Source of the DNA: Octopus sinensis
Lineage: Eukaryota
Length of the DNA stretch: 64,000 nt
Reading direction: 5' to 3'
Assembly: GCF_006345805.1 (NCBI RefSeq)
Contig: NC_042997.1
Span: 133,362,001 to 133,426,000, forward strand
Each line of letters opens with the position of its first letter. Position 1 is the first letter of the stretch. The notes beneath the pieces were generated by a model. That model was given only the letters and a program-made list of their open reading frames with translations. It made no database searches and was not told where the DNA came from. Positions 14,190 through 29,784 of this stretch are shown one piece after another. A program made the translations under genes and the position numbers.

Positions 14190-14440
14190 GTGTTTTATAT
14201 ATTTGTCTGTGTACGTGAATGTATATGTGTGTATGCGTTATATATTTGTCTGTGTACGTGAACGTATGCGTGTGTGTCTGCGTTATATATTTGTGTACGT
14301 GAATGTGTGTGTGTGTTGCGTTATATAATTGTCTGTGCACGTGAATGTGTGTGTATGCGTCATATATTTGTCTGTGTACGTGAATGTGTGTGTGTGCATG
14401 GGTTATATATTTGTCTGTGTACGTGAATGTGTGTATGTGT
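14190..14440. repeat. ~38-bp minisatellite (TATATTTGTCTGTGTACGTGAATGTGTGTGT...), about 7 copies
   Basis: Directly visible tandem units. Confidence 0.85.
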
Positions 14441-14616
14441 CTGTGTCCGTATGTGTAGTAATAGAAGTCGTGACATTGGCTTAGTTTGTAAGGTGTGACG
14501 TGAAGAAAAATCGAACGTTTTGGGTCTGCCTCTTCGTCTGAGAAAGAAAGAAAGAAAGAAAGGAGAGAGAGAGCGAAAGTGAGAGATAGATTAATGAATA
14601 ACTAGAGCGAGAGAGA

Positions 14617-14650
<34 letters not shown>

Positions 14651-16249
14651 GTCGAATAAAGAGAGAGAATGAGAGGGGTGGAGGGAGATCTTCTTTACCA
14701 TTAGTTTTCTCTATTCCTTCTACTCACGACAGCATAGAAACTTATCCGAACTCACGAACTGCGCAGTCTAGTTTTTGCCAATACTTACCATTCCAAGTTT
14801 CTTCACATTTTGTTATGTTTTTGTCTACCATCGTAGTTTGTTTTGTTTCGTATTGATTTGGGTAGCATTGAAATGATAATCATTCATCTAACCTATAGTT
14901 TTTAAATCCATTTATTCCTTCTTTTGAATTTCTCTCTCCACCCTTTACTCAGATATTCGGATATTCTTCTTTTTCTGTATTTTTATTTTTACTTTAAACA
15001 TTTCCGCCATTGTGTTTCCTCTTACGATCCTTTCCTCTTTGCATATAGAGCTTTTTCTTCATGCACAAATCTTCCATGCGATTTTTCTTTCTTACAGACC
15101 TCTTTTATAATTAATCTACATTAAATCATTCTTAAGTATTCCTCTATGATTATTTCTTTTCTTTCTTTTCTTTCCCTGCGTATATTCTTTCGCATTTAAT
15201 GATGGATTTCGTATTCTGATATAAGCTCTCCGGAGTATTTTATTTGTTAATTATTTACTTTTAAACTACGAAATGACTTAATCTCCAGTAATTTATATTT
15301 ATTTACTTTTAAACTATTATTCATCACAAAGATACCTCATCTGTTGAGGATACTTCAACTCCATCTAATATGAATAAATAATTTTCGGATTGCTTCTTAG
15401 AAAACGATTCCACACCATTCTTTCAATAATGCGTGATTCCTAAGCTTACATTATCGTATTAATGAAATGTTTTCGTTATCGTTACGGTTGCCCGTTAACC
15501 CTACAAACTGTCAGTAACCCTGTCAACTTGAGTGTTCCAGGCGAGACCATTCCATCTTTTATTCAGATGTAATCTACTAAGGATTATACTAATCAATATG
15601 CATTTCCTTTATTATGACAGTTGGATGTGATTGGAGGGAATTTGACTGCTATTTCTAACAAACCGTGTGTTGAATTATTCGTTGGCTTGTCTCTGTATAA
15701 TGATTTTCGTTATTGATGTTCCTTTTTTGTTTTTTAATGGTGGAGAGGAAATATTTGACAACCTATACGATATATCAATGTGTGAGAGAATGTGAGTGTG
15801 TGTGAAAGAGAGTAAGTGGTATGTATGCGCGCGCGTGTGCGTGTGTGTGTGTGAATGTCGGCTTGTGCGTGTGTGTGTAAGTGTGCGCGCGCGTGTGTGT
15901 GTGTGTACGTGCGTGTGTGCGCGTGTGTATAATGAGGTAACAAGAAGGCGAGTTACAGCAGAATGGTCGAATGATTAAGAAGTTTAATTGACAATCACGA
16001 AGACTCGAAGTCAGTCTCAATCAGCTGCATGACACGCCTTGGGTGACTGTTCTTATTTTAACCCTAGCATCAGGTTGACCTAAACAGTGGAACTGGAAAT
16101 CCTGGCATCCAATTCCATACCACTGGCTCCCTTACCATGATCTCAATCAATTTTAAACAGCCCCATCTATAACATCCCTTAACTCTAAAATAACTCCATA
16201 TTAAGAATATTAAGAATTCTCATTTTTTTTTCTCTTACTCAGTCTAGAA

Positions 16250-16510
16250 ATAATAATAATAAATGCGCCCTTTTTAAAGCCTAGCCAGGCTCATGGACCC
16301 GGTTTCCCAGTTTCTATGGCGTATGTGTTCCCCAGCTGGACGGGACGCCAGTCCATCGCAGCATTACTCCTTTTTGCCAGCTGAGTGGACTGGAGCAACG
16401 TGAAATGAAGTGTTTTGCTCAAGAACACAACAAGTCGCCTGGTCCAGGAATCGAAACCACAATCTTACGATCATGGTGCTGACATCCTAACCACTAAGCA
16501 ATGCGCCACC
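16250..16510 (-). mobile_element. tRNA-derived SINE, family A
   Basis: Reverse-complement match to 3174-3432. Confidence 0.85.
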
Positions 16511-16974
16511 TCCTCAAAATTATAGGCTCCAAATCTCTGTTGGGAAGCACAACAGCCAAGAAAAGTACAGGAGAACAGCTTCAAGAGCGTCGTTACAGTG
16601 CATCACATAAATCACTCCTTCATGCCGGAATGTGTTATATGATCTTCATTACCTAGTCATCAGTTAAATTGTGACATGGTTTATCTGGAATATTAGAGAT
16701 TTATTATTCAAAATCTTTGAAGCAACTGCGTACAACAGAGCCTCATTTTGATAGGTGGATTTCCTAGAAATAGCAGTTGGAAATAAATCTTCAAATTATA
16801 CAGTGCTGTTTCAGAAACTCTTTGTCACAATTACAGACGGTGTGCTCGTGGCATGAATGCCTTTGATGACGGTTCTGCCGATCAGATTTGATCTGAAGCT
16901 AAACAACGAAGATAACAATAGACTGTCTGATTAGTTATAGCTTTGTTCGATGAAGAGTGGCCTGAGACTACAGA

Positions 16975-16999
16975 GCAGCAGTTTAGCAGCAGCAACAGT

Positions 17000-17031
<32 letters not shown>

Positions 17032-17149
17032 TATCACCACCACCACCATCATCACCATCATCACCACCCCCACCACCACCACCATCACCACCATCATCAT
17101 CATTATCATCATCATCATCATCACCACCACCATCATCATCATCATCACC

Positions 17150-17183
<34 letters not shown>

Positions 17184-17190
17184 TCATCAT

Positions 17191-17246
<56 letters not shown>

Positions 17247-17277
17247 CCACCACCACCACCACGACCATCATCATCAT

Positions 17278-17309
<32 letters not shown>

Positions 17310-17335
17310 TCAACATCACCACCACCACCACCACC

Positions 17336-17369
<34 letters not shown>

Positions 17370-17425
17370 TCAACATCATCATCATCATAGTCAACAACAA
17401 TAACAACAACAACAACAGCAACAAT
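16975..17425. repeat. Compound (CAT)n/(CAC)n/(CAA)n trinucleotide array
   Basis: Directly visible; source of four low-complexity ORFs. Confidence 0.95.
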
Positions 17426-17618
17426 AATTTTAAGCGCTAGAGTCACCAATTACAGTCAGATTAATGCTTAGACGAATGAATAGATGTTATTACAGAAGTG
17501 AATGCAATGACCAACCATACTACGCTTCTAATAAATTACTTGATATCTATAATGTATACACTTCTATGAGAAACTATAAAAACGCTAAGGCATCGTCGAC
17601 TAATATGAAATATAAATA

Positions 17619-18131
17619 TCTATATATATAAAACTGTAGTTGTGTGAGTGTCTGTCCCCTTCGATTTAGATTCCTAACTACTCCCACATTTTGCGGTGCA
17701 GTTTAACCAAATTCGGGTATCTTATAGTCGTGATTCATATCGAGCCCGTCTGGGTATTAGCGCGCGTCTATGATGAGTCTACGATTTTAAAAATAATTTA
17801 ATATCATGTTTTATTCCATTTTAATGCATAATTTTTCGTGTGTCGATGGCGGCGGAGTTGGCGTCCATGGTCACACCTGCACCTGTGTTGCTTTTCCCCC
17901 TTCTTCCCGCCCTCGTGAAGCTGTGGGGAAGGGAGTGTAAGGAAATCAACGTCGTAAAGCGTTGTCAAGGAGACCAGCGTTCTTTTAGAACAACGACTTC
18001 ATGGCTTGAAGACACCAAAACAGAAATGGCTAAGAAAGCCCGAATTGGCATCTATAAGGGAAGTAACTGTCTAAAAATGCTTATATAGTTATTTCCCTTA
18101 CAAACCGAGCAACGCCGGGCGATACTGCTAG
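17619..18131 (+). mobile_element. Non-autonomous Helitron (513 bp)
   Basis: 5' TC, 3' hairpin CCGAGCAACGCCGG followed by CTAG, inserted between A and T; first ~200 bp and 3' end shared with 53255-54099. Confidence 0.88.
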
Positions 18132-18817
18132 TATATATATACTTTACTAATATGAAGCATTCTCCCCGATCGTCAGATCCTTCCTCACCCCTATGTTAAT
18201 ATGATATGTCACACTCAGTGAATTATCTAAAAGTACTTCTAAGTGTCTCTTACAGGGTTTCTGTTTTGAAATTCTTAGTTGTTTTTGAAGATAAACAGTT
18301 AAAAACTTCCATTATTTCGTGTTTAAATACTTACAGGGTAAAGTTTTCCACTTGTTTTGAATAGATTATGTGAGCTAAGGTTTTCACTTTGTATAATTCT
18401 TTTATATTTTATCTTTTTATCTTTTACTTGTTTCGTATCAATCACTGGACTGCTGCCATGCTGGAGCACTGTCTCGAAGGGTTTAATCGAAAAAAGCGAC
18501 GTCCGTACTTACTTTAAGCCTGGTACTTATTTTATCGTTTTTATCTTGCGAACATAGATAATATTAGAAAAAAACAACACCGGTTGTCAAACAGTATGAC
18601 AAACAAAGACATGCAAACATACATACGCACACATACATACATACATTCATACATATATATATACAAAATAAGAAAATGGAGAAGTACATCCAAATCAAAT
18701 ATCAATTACCAGATAATACCCAATCACATACTTTATTAAACCACCACATAAGAGAATAAGTACAATATGTATAAGAGAATATAAATATAAGTAAATATAA
18801 ATATAAATATAGACTAC

Positions 18818-18944
18818 ATCTTACAGCTATTTCGGCCATGCAGATAAGTATGTCTCATTTTACTTATATTAGCCATTTGTGGTAGGTCAATATGTAGTTA
18901 TAAATGAGACATTTACAAAAATATCCTAGGGCCTCTTCGGAGAT
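18818..18944 (-). ncRNA. Minimal type I hammerhead ribozyme-like motif (U4C core, long stem II)
   Basis: Minus strand ATCT-CCGAAGA-GGCC...GGCC-GAAA-TAGCTG-TA-AGAT; stem I ATCT/AGAT; stem II GGCC/GGCC plus an 11-bp internal helix ATGTCTCATTT/AAATGAGACAT; near-palindromic stem III; GUA triplet. Confidence 0.7.
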
Positions 18945-19699
18945 TATGTGATACAAATCAGATTACATACACACTTATATAGGTGTGGGTACATACCCAT
19001 AATAAAACATATACATATACATATGAGTGCATATACTCATATTTCTATACATATAAATATACATATACATAATAATATAAATAATATAAATCAATAAACA
19101 TGCATATGTTCCACATTCAATGTTACAGTTTTCCAACTTAATATTGTGATAATTACAATGTAGAAAAACATACACATATTAATACCTAAATGCAGATATA
19201 CAGAGTCAAGAGTATATTATATTAATTCTTATTAATTTCCAAAATGTCATTAATGTTAGCATCATTATCATTGTCATTACCAATAATGCTACAAATATCA
19301 TCATTCGTATTATTATTAATAACGCTAATACTAGAAAAACAATATATAGACCCCATTATTAGCACTATAGTCACAATAGTACTACAATACCATGCAAAAC
19401 GTTAAATATCTGCATATACATACGAAATATGAAACAAAAGCATTCTGTTTACACGACATTAAGATCCACAGGTGCACAGATGTACGTCCGAGTTCAAATT
19501 TATAATTTCCATTGTGACACAAATACACTATTACTTTCAGAAATAGTTACGAATCTAGCGCTAAAATATGATTGGCTTGTGGATTTAAATTTAAATTACC
19601 ATTGTCTTCTTTACGGTTGGTTTGTTGAGAGCGTTACATTTCTACTAAACCAGCTTAGGTATGGGAGACCTATACCAACATTTATACACACACACACAC

Positions 19700-20482
19700 A
19701 TACACACTCACATCCGCACATATACATAAACATATACACTCTCATGCACTGTGTCCACAAACATTCGCATATACATATATACACATTTAAATATGCATTT
19801 GCGTACTCATGTATAAGAAAAACATATACATATATATCCAACCATGAATATACATATCTATACCAAAACATACATACACATATATATATACATATGGACA
19901 CATTTCGACATATCCACATATATTTACTAAATTACAAAATATATGTCTGTCATCAAATGGCGTATAAATAAACCAGCACAGGCAAGGGAAAGCTATAGCA
20001 ACGTTTATACACTAACACACATACTCACACGCACATCCGCACATATCTATAAACATTTATACACTCTCATACCCTGTGTCTGCAAACATTCGCATATACA
20101 TATATACATATTTAAATATATATCTGCGCACTCACACGTATAAGAAAAACATATGTATATATCCACCCATGAATACACATATACATACATAAACATACAT
20201 ACACATACATATACATATGAACACATTTCGACCTATAAACATTAATACACTCTCATGTACTGTGTCTGCAAACATTCGGATATACATATATACATATTTA
20301 TATACGTACTTGCGTACTCATATCTATAAGAAAAACATATGCATATATATCCATCCATGAATATACATATACATACAAAAACATACATACACATACATAT
20401 ACATATGAACACATTTCGACATATCCACCTATATTTACTAAATTACAAAATATATGTCTGCCCATCAAAGGACGTATAAATA
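19700..20482. repeat. Three degenerate tandem copies of a ~190-325-bp TA/CA-rich unit
   Basis: ACACTCTCAT...CAAACATTCG...TAAGAAAAACATAT starts at 19736, 20061 and 20247. Confidence 0.85.
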
Positions 20483-20641
20483 CATACACAATAAGTAAAC
20501 AGAAATTACTATTAATTAAGATATAAGTAAATTAAATTAATTATAAATTAATAAGTGCCAAAAAAAAGGGAGAATGAATGAATAAATAAATAAATGAATA
20601 AAATACAATAAAAATATATAAATAAATAAATAAATAAATAG

Positions 20642-20695
<54 letters not shown>

Positions 20696-21113
20696 ATAGA
20701 TAAATAGATAAATAAAATAAAATATAAATTAAGATGAGTACAAGGATAAACTTTATATATGAGGCTGCCAAACAAATACACGCAAAAAAACTTATATGCT
20801 CATCGAAATAAACAACGTATACTAATTATAGACTCACATTTGTTACATATTGGTATAACAAAAACCCAAACCAGTGCCCTAAGATATGATGCGCATATAC
20901 ACCCTACACCCATGGAAGACTCTGTGAAGATCAGAATACCATGCATATATCAGAATAACTATATATTTCAGTATATTTTTCAAGCCGGGACAAAAACAAT
21001 CAATATAGAACACATATATGGAGATACAAAATTATAAATTATAAATTATAAGGACCAATATTACAGTCATATATAGAGGAATGTTAAAAGATTACTGGTA
21101 GGAAAATTAGGTG

Positions 21114-23385
<2,272 letters not shown>

Positions 23386-23471
23386 TAAATATATATATAT
23401 ATAATAATTTTTTGCGTAATGAGATAAAAATGCCAAGGCTGTGTAGATATTAGAGCATTTATAGATAGAAT

Positions 23472-23523
23472 GTCTTACAGCTGTTTCCGGGATATTTATT
23501 AATTATATCCCTTCATCGGAGAC
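23472..23523 (-). ncRNA. Minimal type I hammerhead ribozyme-like motif (U4C core)
   Basis: Minus strand GTCT-CCGATGA-AGGGATAT(loop)ATATCCCG-GAAA-CAGCTG-TA-AGAC; palindromic stem III typical of PLE hammerheads; just 5' of the PLE RT. Confidence 0.75.
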
Positions 23524-23734
23524 GGTGTGAGAGGAAAGTTAAGTCATAGTTAGTTTAGATGTGATACAAAATATAGAGTGAGGTGGAGGAAAGAAAATAG
23601 ATGTGAGATATGTAGGGATATTGAAGTGGTAGATCCATTTTTTAGGCAGAATGGTATATATGTAAGATGCCAATACCTTATGAGTAAAATCCAACAGAAT
23701 TTTTAAATGGGTCACGCACGCGCACGCGCGTATA

Positions 23735-24595
23735 TCTACTATATGTGTGGGAAATTCTCTCTGTGAGTGTGTTTGCGGATTTGGTATGTAACTCCTCCTA
23801 CATTGTTCTATCGATTTTGATGAAACTTGACACGAGAGTAGAACTCACGTCAGGAAACCTCATGGCATACTCGGATTGTTGAAAAATCTCGATAATAGGG
23901 TCCCTGGAAGTGATCCTTATATATATCTAATATATTTCATTTTAACAGCCAAGGCAAATAACCCATTCGCCCAGATATTAACAGCCAAAAGTAATAACCC
24001 ATTCATTTTCCTAAATTATTTGGTATAAATCAAATTGAGTATAAACTGTTAGAGTTATTTTCGCAATTTATCCAATACAACCTTTAAACAAATAAATAGT
24101 ATTTTCCTAAACAATAGATCCACTTATTTAGGTTAGTAACTTATTCACAAATATACCAACACTAGCGCCGCTGAGGGTAATATTCTCTAGAAATGCACAA
24201 AAGCTCTTTTCAGAGTTATTTCCTTTGAATTGTTATTATCTCATATTTGATTAGCCTGTTATTACGTAACATGCTTCACGATTTTAGTATATTTCCTCCT
24301 AAGTTCTATATACTCTGGGAACGCATTTAAGTCCATTTCGGGGCTACTTTATTTGAATTCTTACTATCGAGCAACTAATTTTATTTTATTACATAACTGA
24401 CTTCACAATTTGGGTATCCATAACTTATTGGGAATTCATAAAGCAAAATCCAGTTTGGTATTCTCTGTAAATGCACAAAAATCTTTTAAGGGCTACATAC
24501 TTTGTATTGTTGTTACTAGATTAGGGAAACAATTATGAGAACGGAGCCAAGGGATAAGCCTCACTTTCCCGGTAATTACCTGGTGCGTCAGCTAG
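23735..24595 (+). mobile_element. Non-autonomous Helitron (861 bp)
   Basis: A|TC start, 3' palindrome CCGGTAATTACC(T)GG followed by CTAG|T. Confidence 0.75.
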
Positions 24596-24666
<71 letters not shown>

Positions 24667-26103
24667 TGTGTGTGTGTTGTGTGTCTGTGTTTGTGCCCGC
24701 CCACCGTCACTTGAGAACTTGGCAAGAATACAAAAAATGATAACTGTCTCTACTTTAGGCAAAAGGCCAACAATTTTTGAGTTAAGGGGGTTAGTCAATT
24801 AGAGCGCCCCCTGTACTTGGCGCCAATTTTATTTTATCGACTTCGAAAGGATGAAATGTAAAGTTGATCCTGGTGGGATTTGAACTCAGAAGTTAAAGTA
24901 TCAAGGCAAAGCCGCTTTTATCCATACTCTGGTGTTCCTGCCAGTTCGGCACCTCATTTGTTGTATGATACTAATTGTCTTTACGTTCTGATTTCAAATT
25001 CCGCCGAAGTCGACTTTGCCTTTCATCCTTTCGGGGTCGATAAATCAAGTACCAGTTGCTACTGGAGTCGATCTAATCGACTGGCTCCTTCCGAGAATAG
25101 AAAAGATTATATAATATTAGTAGTTTCTAACACTGACTCAATGTGTCAAATTTCGCTACATCTTGCATTGTGAATTTAAACGATTCCACTAATCAAAACT
25201 CAGCACTTGTTTAACAAAACCTAGGAGGACAAAAGGCAACGACGATCTCAGAAAGATTCGAACTCGGAACGAAAAAAGCATATAACTAAATACTGTATGT
25301 CATTTCGTCCGATGCTCTACTGGTTCTGTCAAACCTCTGCACTTCCCATTTCCACAAATGCGAAAGAAAACATATAAATACCATAAAGTACATAGAAACT
25401 ATACCTCGTTATTTCCATTAAATCATGCGTGGCTGTTTACTTATTTTCACAGATTTCTCTTGTCTTGCAGACATCAACACGCACACACACACAAATATAC
25501 ATATTGGTTTCATTATCTTTACATATGATTAATTCTGTTATATTTATATTATTTTTTCAGTGTTTGCTTTTACTGTTATTTTCCATATGAACGGTTCAGT
25601 TTATTTTTTCCGATACTTTTATTTTTTCTATACTTGTAGGTTTCCTCTACTGTCCATATTTTTTTTAATGTAGTGTGGAGTTGTCCATTTACTTGTTTAT
25701 ATACTTGTATCGTAAGATTTTTTTGTTTTATATCAGTAATGTGTTGTTTTCTATTTGCTTTCTATTTCTATTTGTCCATGATGCTAGACAAGCTGAAACG
25801 ACAACAGCGATCCGGATAATATACTACTACTACTACTACTACAACTACTACTACTACTACTACTACAGCTGCTGCTGCTGCTATTGTTGTTGTTGTTGCT
25901 GTTGTTGTTAAGAAACAAGACGGGTAAGGGTGCTTGGGTGATGGTCTATGGCTTAGGGACGGAAGACCCCAGACCTTGGAAAAAAACTTTGGTCGTCTTG
26001 TTGTAGTCGAGGGCTCTTCGTTGACGCCCGACACCACTGGGAGGCGGCCCTCGAAGTCGCTGGAAATGGAGATCTTCAAGTCCAAATTCTTGAACGGCTG
26101 CTG

Positions 26104-26145
<42 letters not shown>

Positions 26146-26232
26146 TCACTGCTGCTGGTGGATCACCAAAGCTTTGGTCACTCAGTGGTGTTTCTAATTA
26201 CTGTTAAATAAAATTTATTTTCAGTCAGCTAG

Positions 26233-26264
<32 letters not shown>

Positions 26265-26642
26265 CGCTTCTGAAATCACTCGCTACTACACGCACTTACC
26301 CAGACTGCATCCCATCTACCAACCTGAAACCCCTGAAGTCCCACCGCGTGCTCATCAGAGAAACTACTTCCCAAGGGTTATGCTCTATATCTGATAGTAT
26401 CACAGGACATTACGCAGTCGCAAACGTCAATATTTCCAAGAGCAAATTTACACAACAGATACACTACTTCAGGTGTAGGGACAGAGAAAACTCCATTTGT
26501 CTGTCCATCTAGAATCTAGAAAAAGCCTCCCCTAACATCTTATAGACAGGTCCCCACTTAACTACAGTCCATCTTTGTCTGCTCTACCTCTGCAAGAAAC
26601 TGCAATATCCTGTAGTATTCACCGCCCGAATATCTTAACAAT

Positions 26643-27128
26643 TAAAGCAGCGAGCTGGCAGAAACGTTAGCACGTCGGGTGAAATGCTTTGCGGTATTTC
26701 GTCTGCCGTTATGTTCTGAGTTCAAATTCCGCCGGGGCCGACTTTGCCTTTCATCCGTTCGGGGTCGATAAACTAAGTACCAGTTACACACTGAGGTCGA
26801 TATAATCGACTAACTCTGTTTGTCTGTCCTTGTTTGTCCTCTCTGTGTTTAGCGCGTTGTGGGTAGTAAAAGAAATGCATTTCGTCTGTTTAAAGGCGGA
26901 GAGCTGGCAGAAACGTTAGCACGCCGGGCGAAATGCTTAGCAGTATTTCGTCTGCCGTTACGTTCTGAGTTCAAACTCCGCCGAGGGTGACTTTGACTTT
27001 CATCCTTTTGGGGTCGATAAATAAAGTACCTGTTACGCACTGGGGTCGATGTAATCGACTTAATTCCTTTGTCTGTCCTTATTTGTCCCTTCTATGTTTA
27101 GCCCATTGTAGGCAATAAAGAAATAAGA
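26643..27128 (+). mobile_element. SINE family B, tandem dimer
   Basis: Two consecutive GCGAGCTGGCAGAAACGTTAGCACG units starting near 26645 and 26893. Confidence 0.9.
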
Positions 27129-27384
27129 ATATCTTAACAATTGTTACTTTAACACTGTTGCTTCAAATACATGTCATTCTAATACTTCTCAAACTGCTGG
27201 CCATCGTTGTTCCGGAAAAACAACTTTAAACTTTAGCTGGCCTGTGAATAATTCAGGGTTGCCCTTCGCATCATCGTGGCTTACAAATATCCTGATAGAA
27301 ACAATTCTAGCACAGCGTTATGCATGACACACTAACCCATGTGTAACTCGATAACATCAGACCTGTCTTGAGGCTCGGTATCAA

Positions 27385-27715
27385 CAAATCTCAAATTTGA
27401 AGAACTTTTTTTAGGATTCCTACAGAATTGCACTTTTCTCCAAGTAAACAATGTATATCTCAAATCCAGTATCCTTCAGCTTCTTGAGAATCCGTATGAC
27501 TGTTGCGCCAAGTGCACATATTGTCATCTTATTCTTCCAGAATCTCTTTATCTCGCAAGCAAGATCTTCATATTTCTAAATTTTTCAATTTCTTTGGATA
27601 TCCATTCTGTTATCATATATCAAAATTTACTTTACAGTATTATTTTCTTTGTGCTCTACAATTTTCTTTGTCTCCTATAACCATATCTGGTCTTTTTGGT
27701 TCTTGCTTATTTTTT
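27385..27715 (-). pseudogene. REL-endonuclease 3' fragment 1 (R4/Dong-like non-LTR)
   Basis: KRPDMVIGDKEN...SKEIEK..KYEDLACEIKRFWK...CALGA...LEKSAIL, read across frameshifts. Confidence 0.65.
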
Positions 27716-27734
27716 CATATACGCACAACAGATT

Positions 27735-28068
27735 AGACGGTGGGAAAAGAAAAATTGCCAACATCGGGCTACATATAGCTTTAAATGCCAAGAACCTTCC
27801 TAAGTATACTAGCTGTCACTAACGATGCTATTTTCTGGAGCTGCGCTAAACTAGGTTTTATACCTATTTCCTCTATCCATCTGATCAGAACTTTAGGGAT
27901 AGTTTCTAATGCACCTATATCTGCAAGGATACATTTCATCCGCACTGTCCAAAGCCTCTGTAACTTAATGGCTAGGTCCTGGTACTTTTTCTATTTTCTA
28001 TTTACCTTTCATAACGACTTCCTCACTATTTAGGACTGTAAAGTCAATTACCTGGCACTTTCTATTCT
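27735..28068 (-). pseudogene. REL-endonuclease 3' fragment 2 (R4/Dong-like non-LTR)
   Basis: RKCQVIDFTV...KIEKYQDLAIKLQRLWTVRMKCILADIGALETIPK...LQKIASLVTASILRKVLGI*. Confidence 0.75.
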
Positions 28069-28074
28069 AGTTGT

Positions 28075-28125
<51 letters not shown>

Positions 28126-28166
28126 TATTATTATTATTATTATTATTATCATTATTATCATTATTA

Positions 28167-28225
<59 letters not shown>

Positions 28226-28261
28226 ATTATTATTATTGTTGTTGTTGTTATTGTTGTTGTT

Positions 28262-28645
28262 CTGAAAGACTCTCAGATAGTTCTTAATTACCGGTTATTC
28301 TTTACGTGAAAGCAGGCAATAACCAAAGATTTCAAGTAGTGCCTTCTCCTGTGACTCAAATGATGATGATAATGCGAGCTGTACCCAACAGCTTTAATAG
28401 TCTTAATATGCTTTACAAAGCTCTTGGAAACTGCCCCTAATGCTCCAGTTTCCACCGGTATCACCATTACTTTCCTCATGCCCAATAACTTTCTTATCCC
28501 GTCCCGCAGTGGCTGGTATTTCTCAATCTTTGCTGTTTCCTTACAGCCTGGTATTGCAACATCTATTATCTTTACTTTTTTTACGTCTTTATGGATGAGC
28601 ATGATATCTGATCATCTCCCCTCTATGTCTTGGTCGCAATGCATG
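28262..28645 (-). pseudogene. REL-endonuclease 3' fragment 3 (R4/Dong-like non-LTR), flanked by (TAA)n on both sides
   Basis: ORF 28288..28602: SDIMLIHKDVKKVKIIDVAIPG...KIEKYQPLRDGIRKLLG...VIPVETGALGAV, then LGTARII in another frame. Confidence 0.8.
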
Positions 28646-28655
28646 TTAAAAAAAC

Positions 28656-28725
<70 letters not shown>

Positions 28726-28776
28726 TATTATTATTAATATTATTATTATTAATATTATTATTATTATTATTATTAA

Positions 28777-29038
28777 GCAAAAAAAAAAGATGAGTGCCAC
28801 TGTTATCAAGAAAACGATATTTCAAAATCTCGTGTGTCTTCCACAGGTTAAAAAAAAGACTTGAGAATCTGCAATGGCACTCTTCTTTTTTTATTCTATA
28901 TTTACTGGAGGAGAACCACAAATCCTATAAATATTACCAAAATGTACATGGATAAGTTTATTTTTTGAACCTGTGGAAGACATACGAGATGTCGAAATAT
29001 CGTTCCCTTGATAAAAATGGCACTCTTCTTTTTTGCTT
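28777..29038. repeat. ~83-bp inverted repeat pair (MITE-like)
   Basis: 28777-28860 (AAAAAAGATGAGTGCCA...CTTCCACAGGTT) is matched by the reverse complement of 28955-29038. Confidence 0.7.
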
Positions 29039-29123
29039 CTATATTTTCTGAAGGAGTAACCTCAGTCCTATTATTATTATTATTATCATAATCATCATCA
29101 TTATCATCATCATCATCATCATT

Positions 29124-29158
<35 letters not shown>

Positions 29159-29188
29159 TATTATTATTATTATTAGTAGTAGTAGTAT

Positions 29189-29749
29189 TGAGTGAGAGAG
29201 CAGTGCATGCCATCAAAGTCACACTGGGGTAAAATATACGAAGCCCAATATACTAATCATGACTACTCGTCTGATAAGGATACACTAGGCACATGCATCA
29301 CAACCATATGTGCGCGGCATGGTGATCTCATATCAAGATAATCAACACATGACCTTGCAGGTGGGGCCCAGTTAGAATTTTCTTCTGGTAGAGTAACCCA
29401 TCCTGCTGAAGAGGTCCCTGAATAAGGGTTGTTTAAGGATGTTGAACGAACCACCCATGTTTCCAAAGGTGAATTATCCAATCCTCCAAGAATTCCTTTC
29501 AACACACGGCTATGATGTTCCCCCAATACTTCTGCTCGTGATCAGAGATGCACATATCGTCAGCCACTAAGGGACATGCTCAACTGGTTAAGGTCAAACA
29601 ACTGACAAGCAAATATGTGGTATTGAGCAGAATATTTGCTGTAGCCCATCTTTTATACCAAGATAAAACAATGTACATGATAACAGTTCCAATCAGTTAA
29701 GATCAGAGGCCATGAGAACCACTGACAAGCAAATCTGTGGTATTGAGCA
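29189..29749. mobile_element. ~560-bp unclassified interspersed element inside trinucleotide arrays
   Basis: Higher-GC block sharply bounded by (TTA)/(TAG)n on the left and (TTA)n on the right; 29-nt internal direct repeat at 29601-29629 and 29721-29749. Class not determinable here. Confidence 0.5.

Positions 29750-29784
<35 letters not shown>

Noticed and set aside
14900-15250. Purine-rich minus-strand stretch faintly like an L1/Tx1 C-terminus
   Set aside because: Many stops and no diagnostic motif.
3830-17449. Long low-complexity ORFs (poly-D/G, poly-H, poly-I/T, YI/CV/HT repeats), including 16882-17449
   Set aside because: They are translations of di- and trinucleotide microsatellites, with no domain or splice support.
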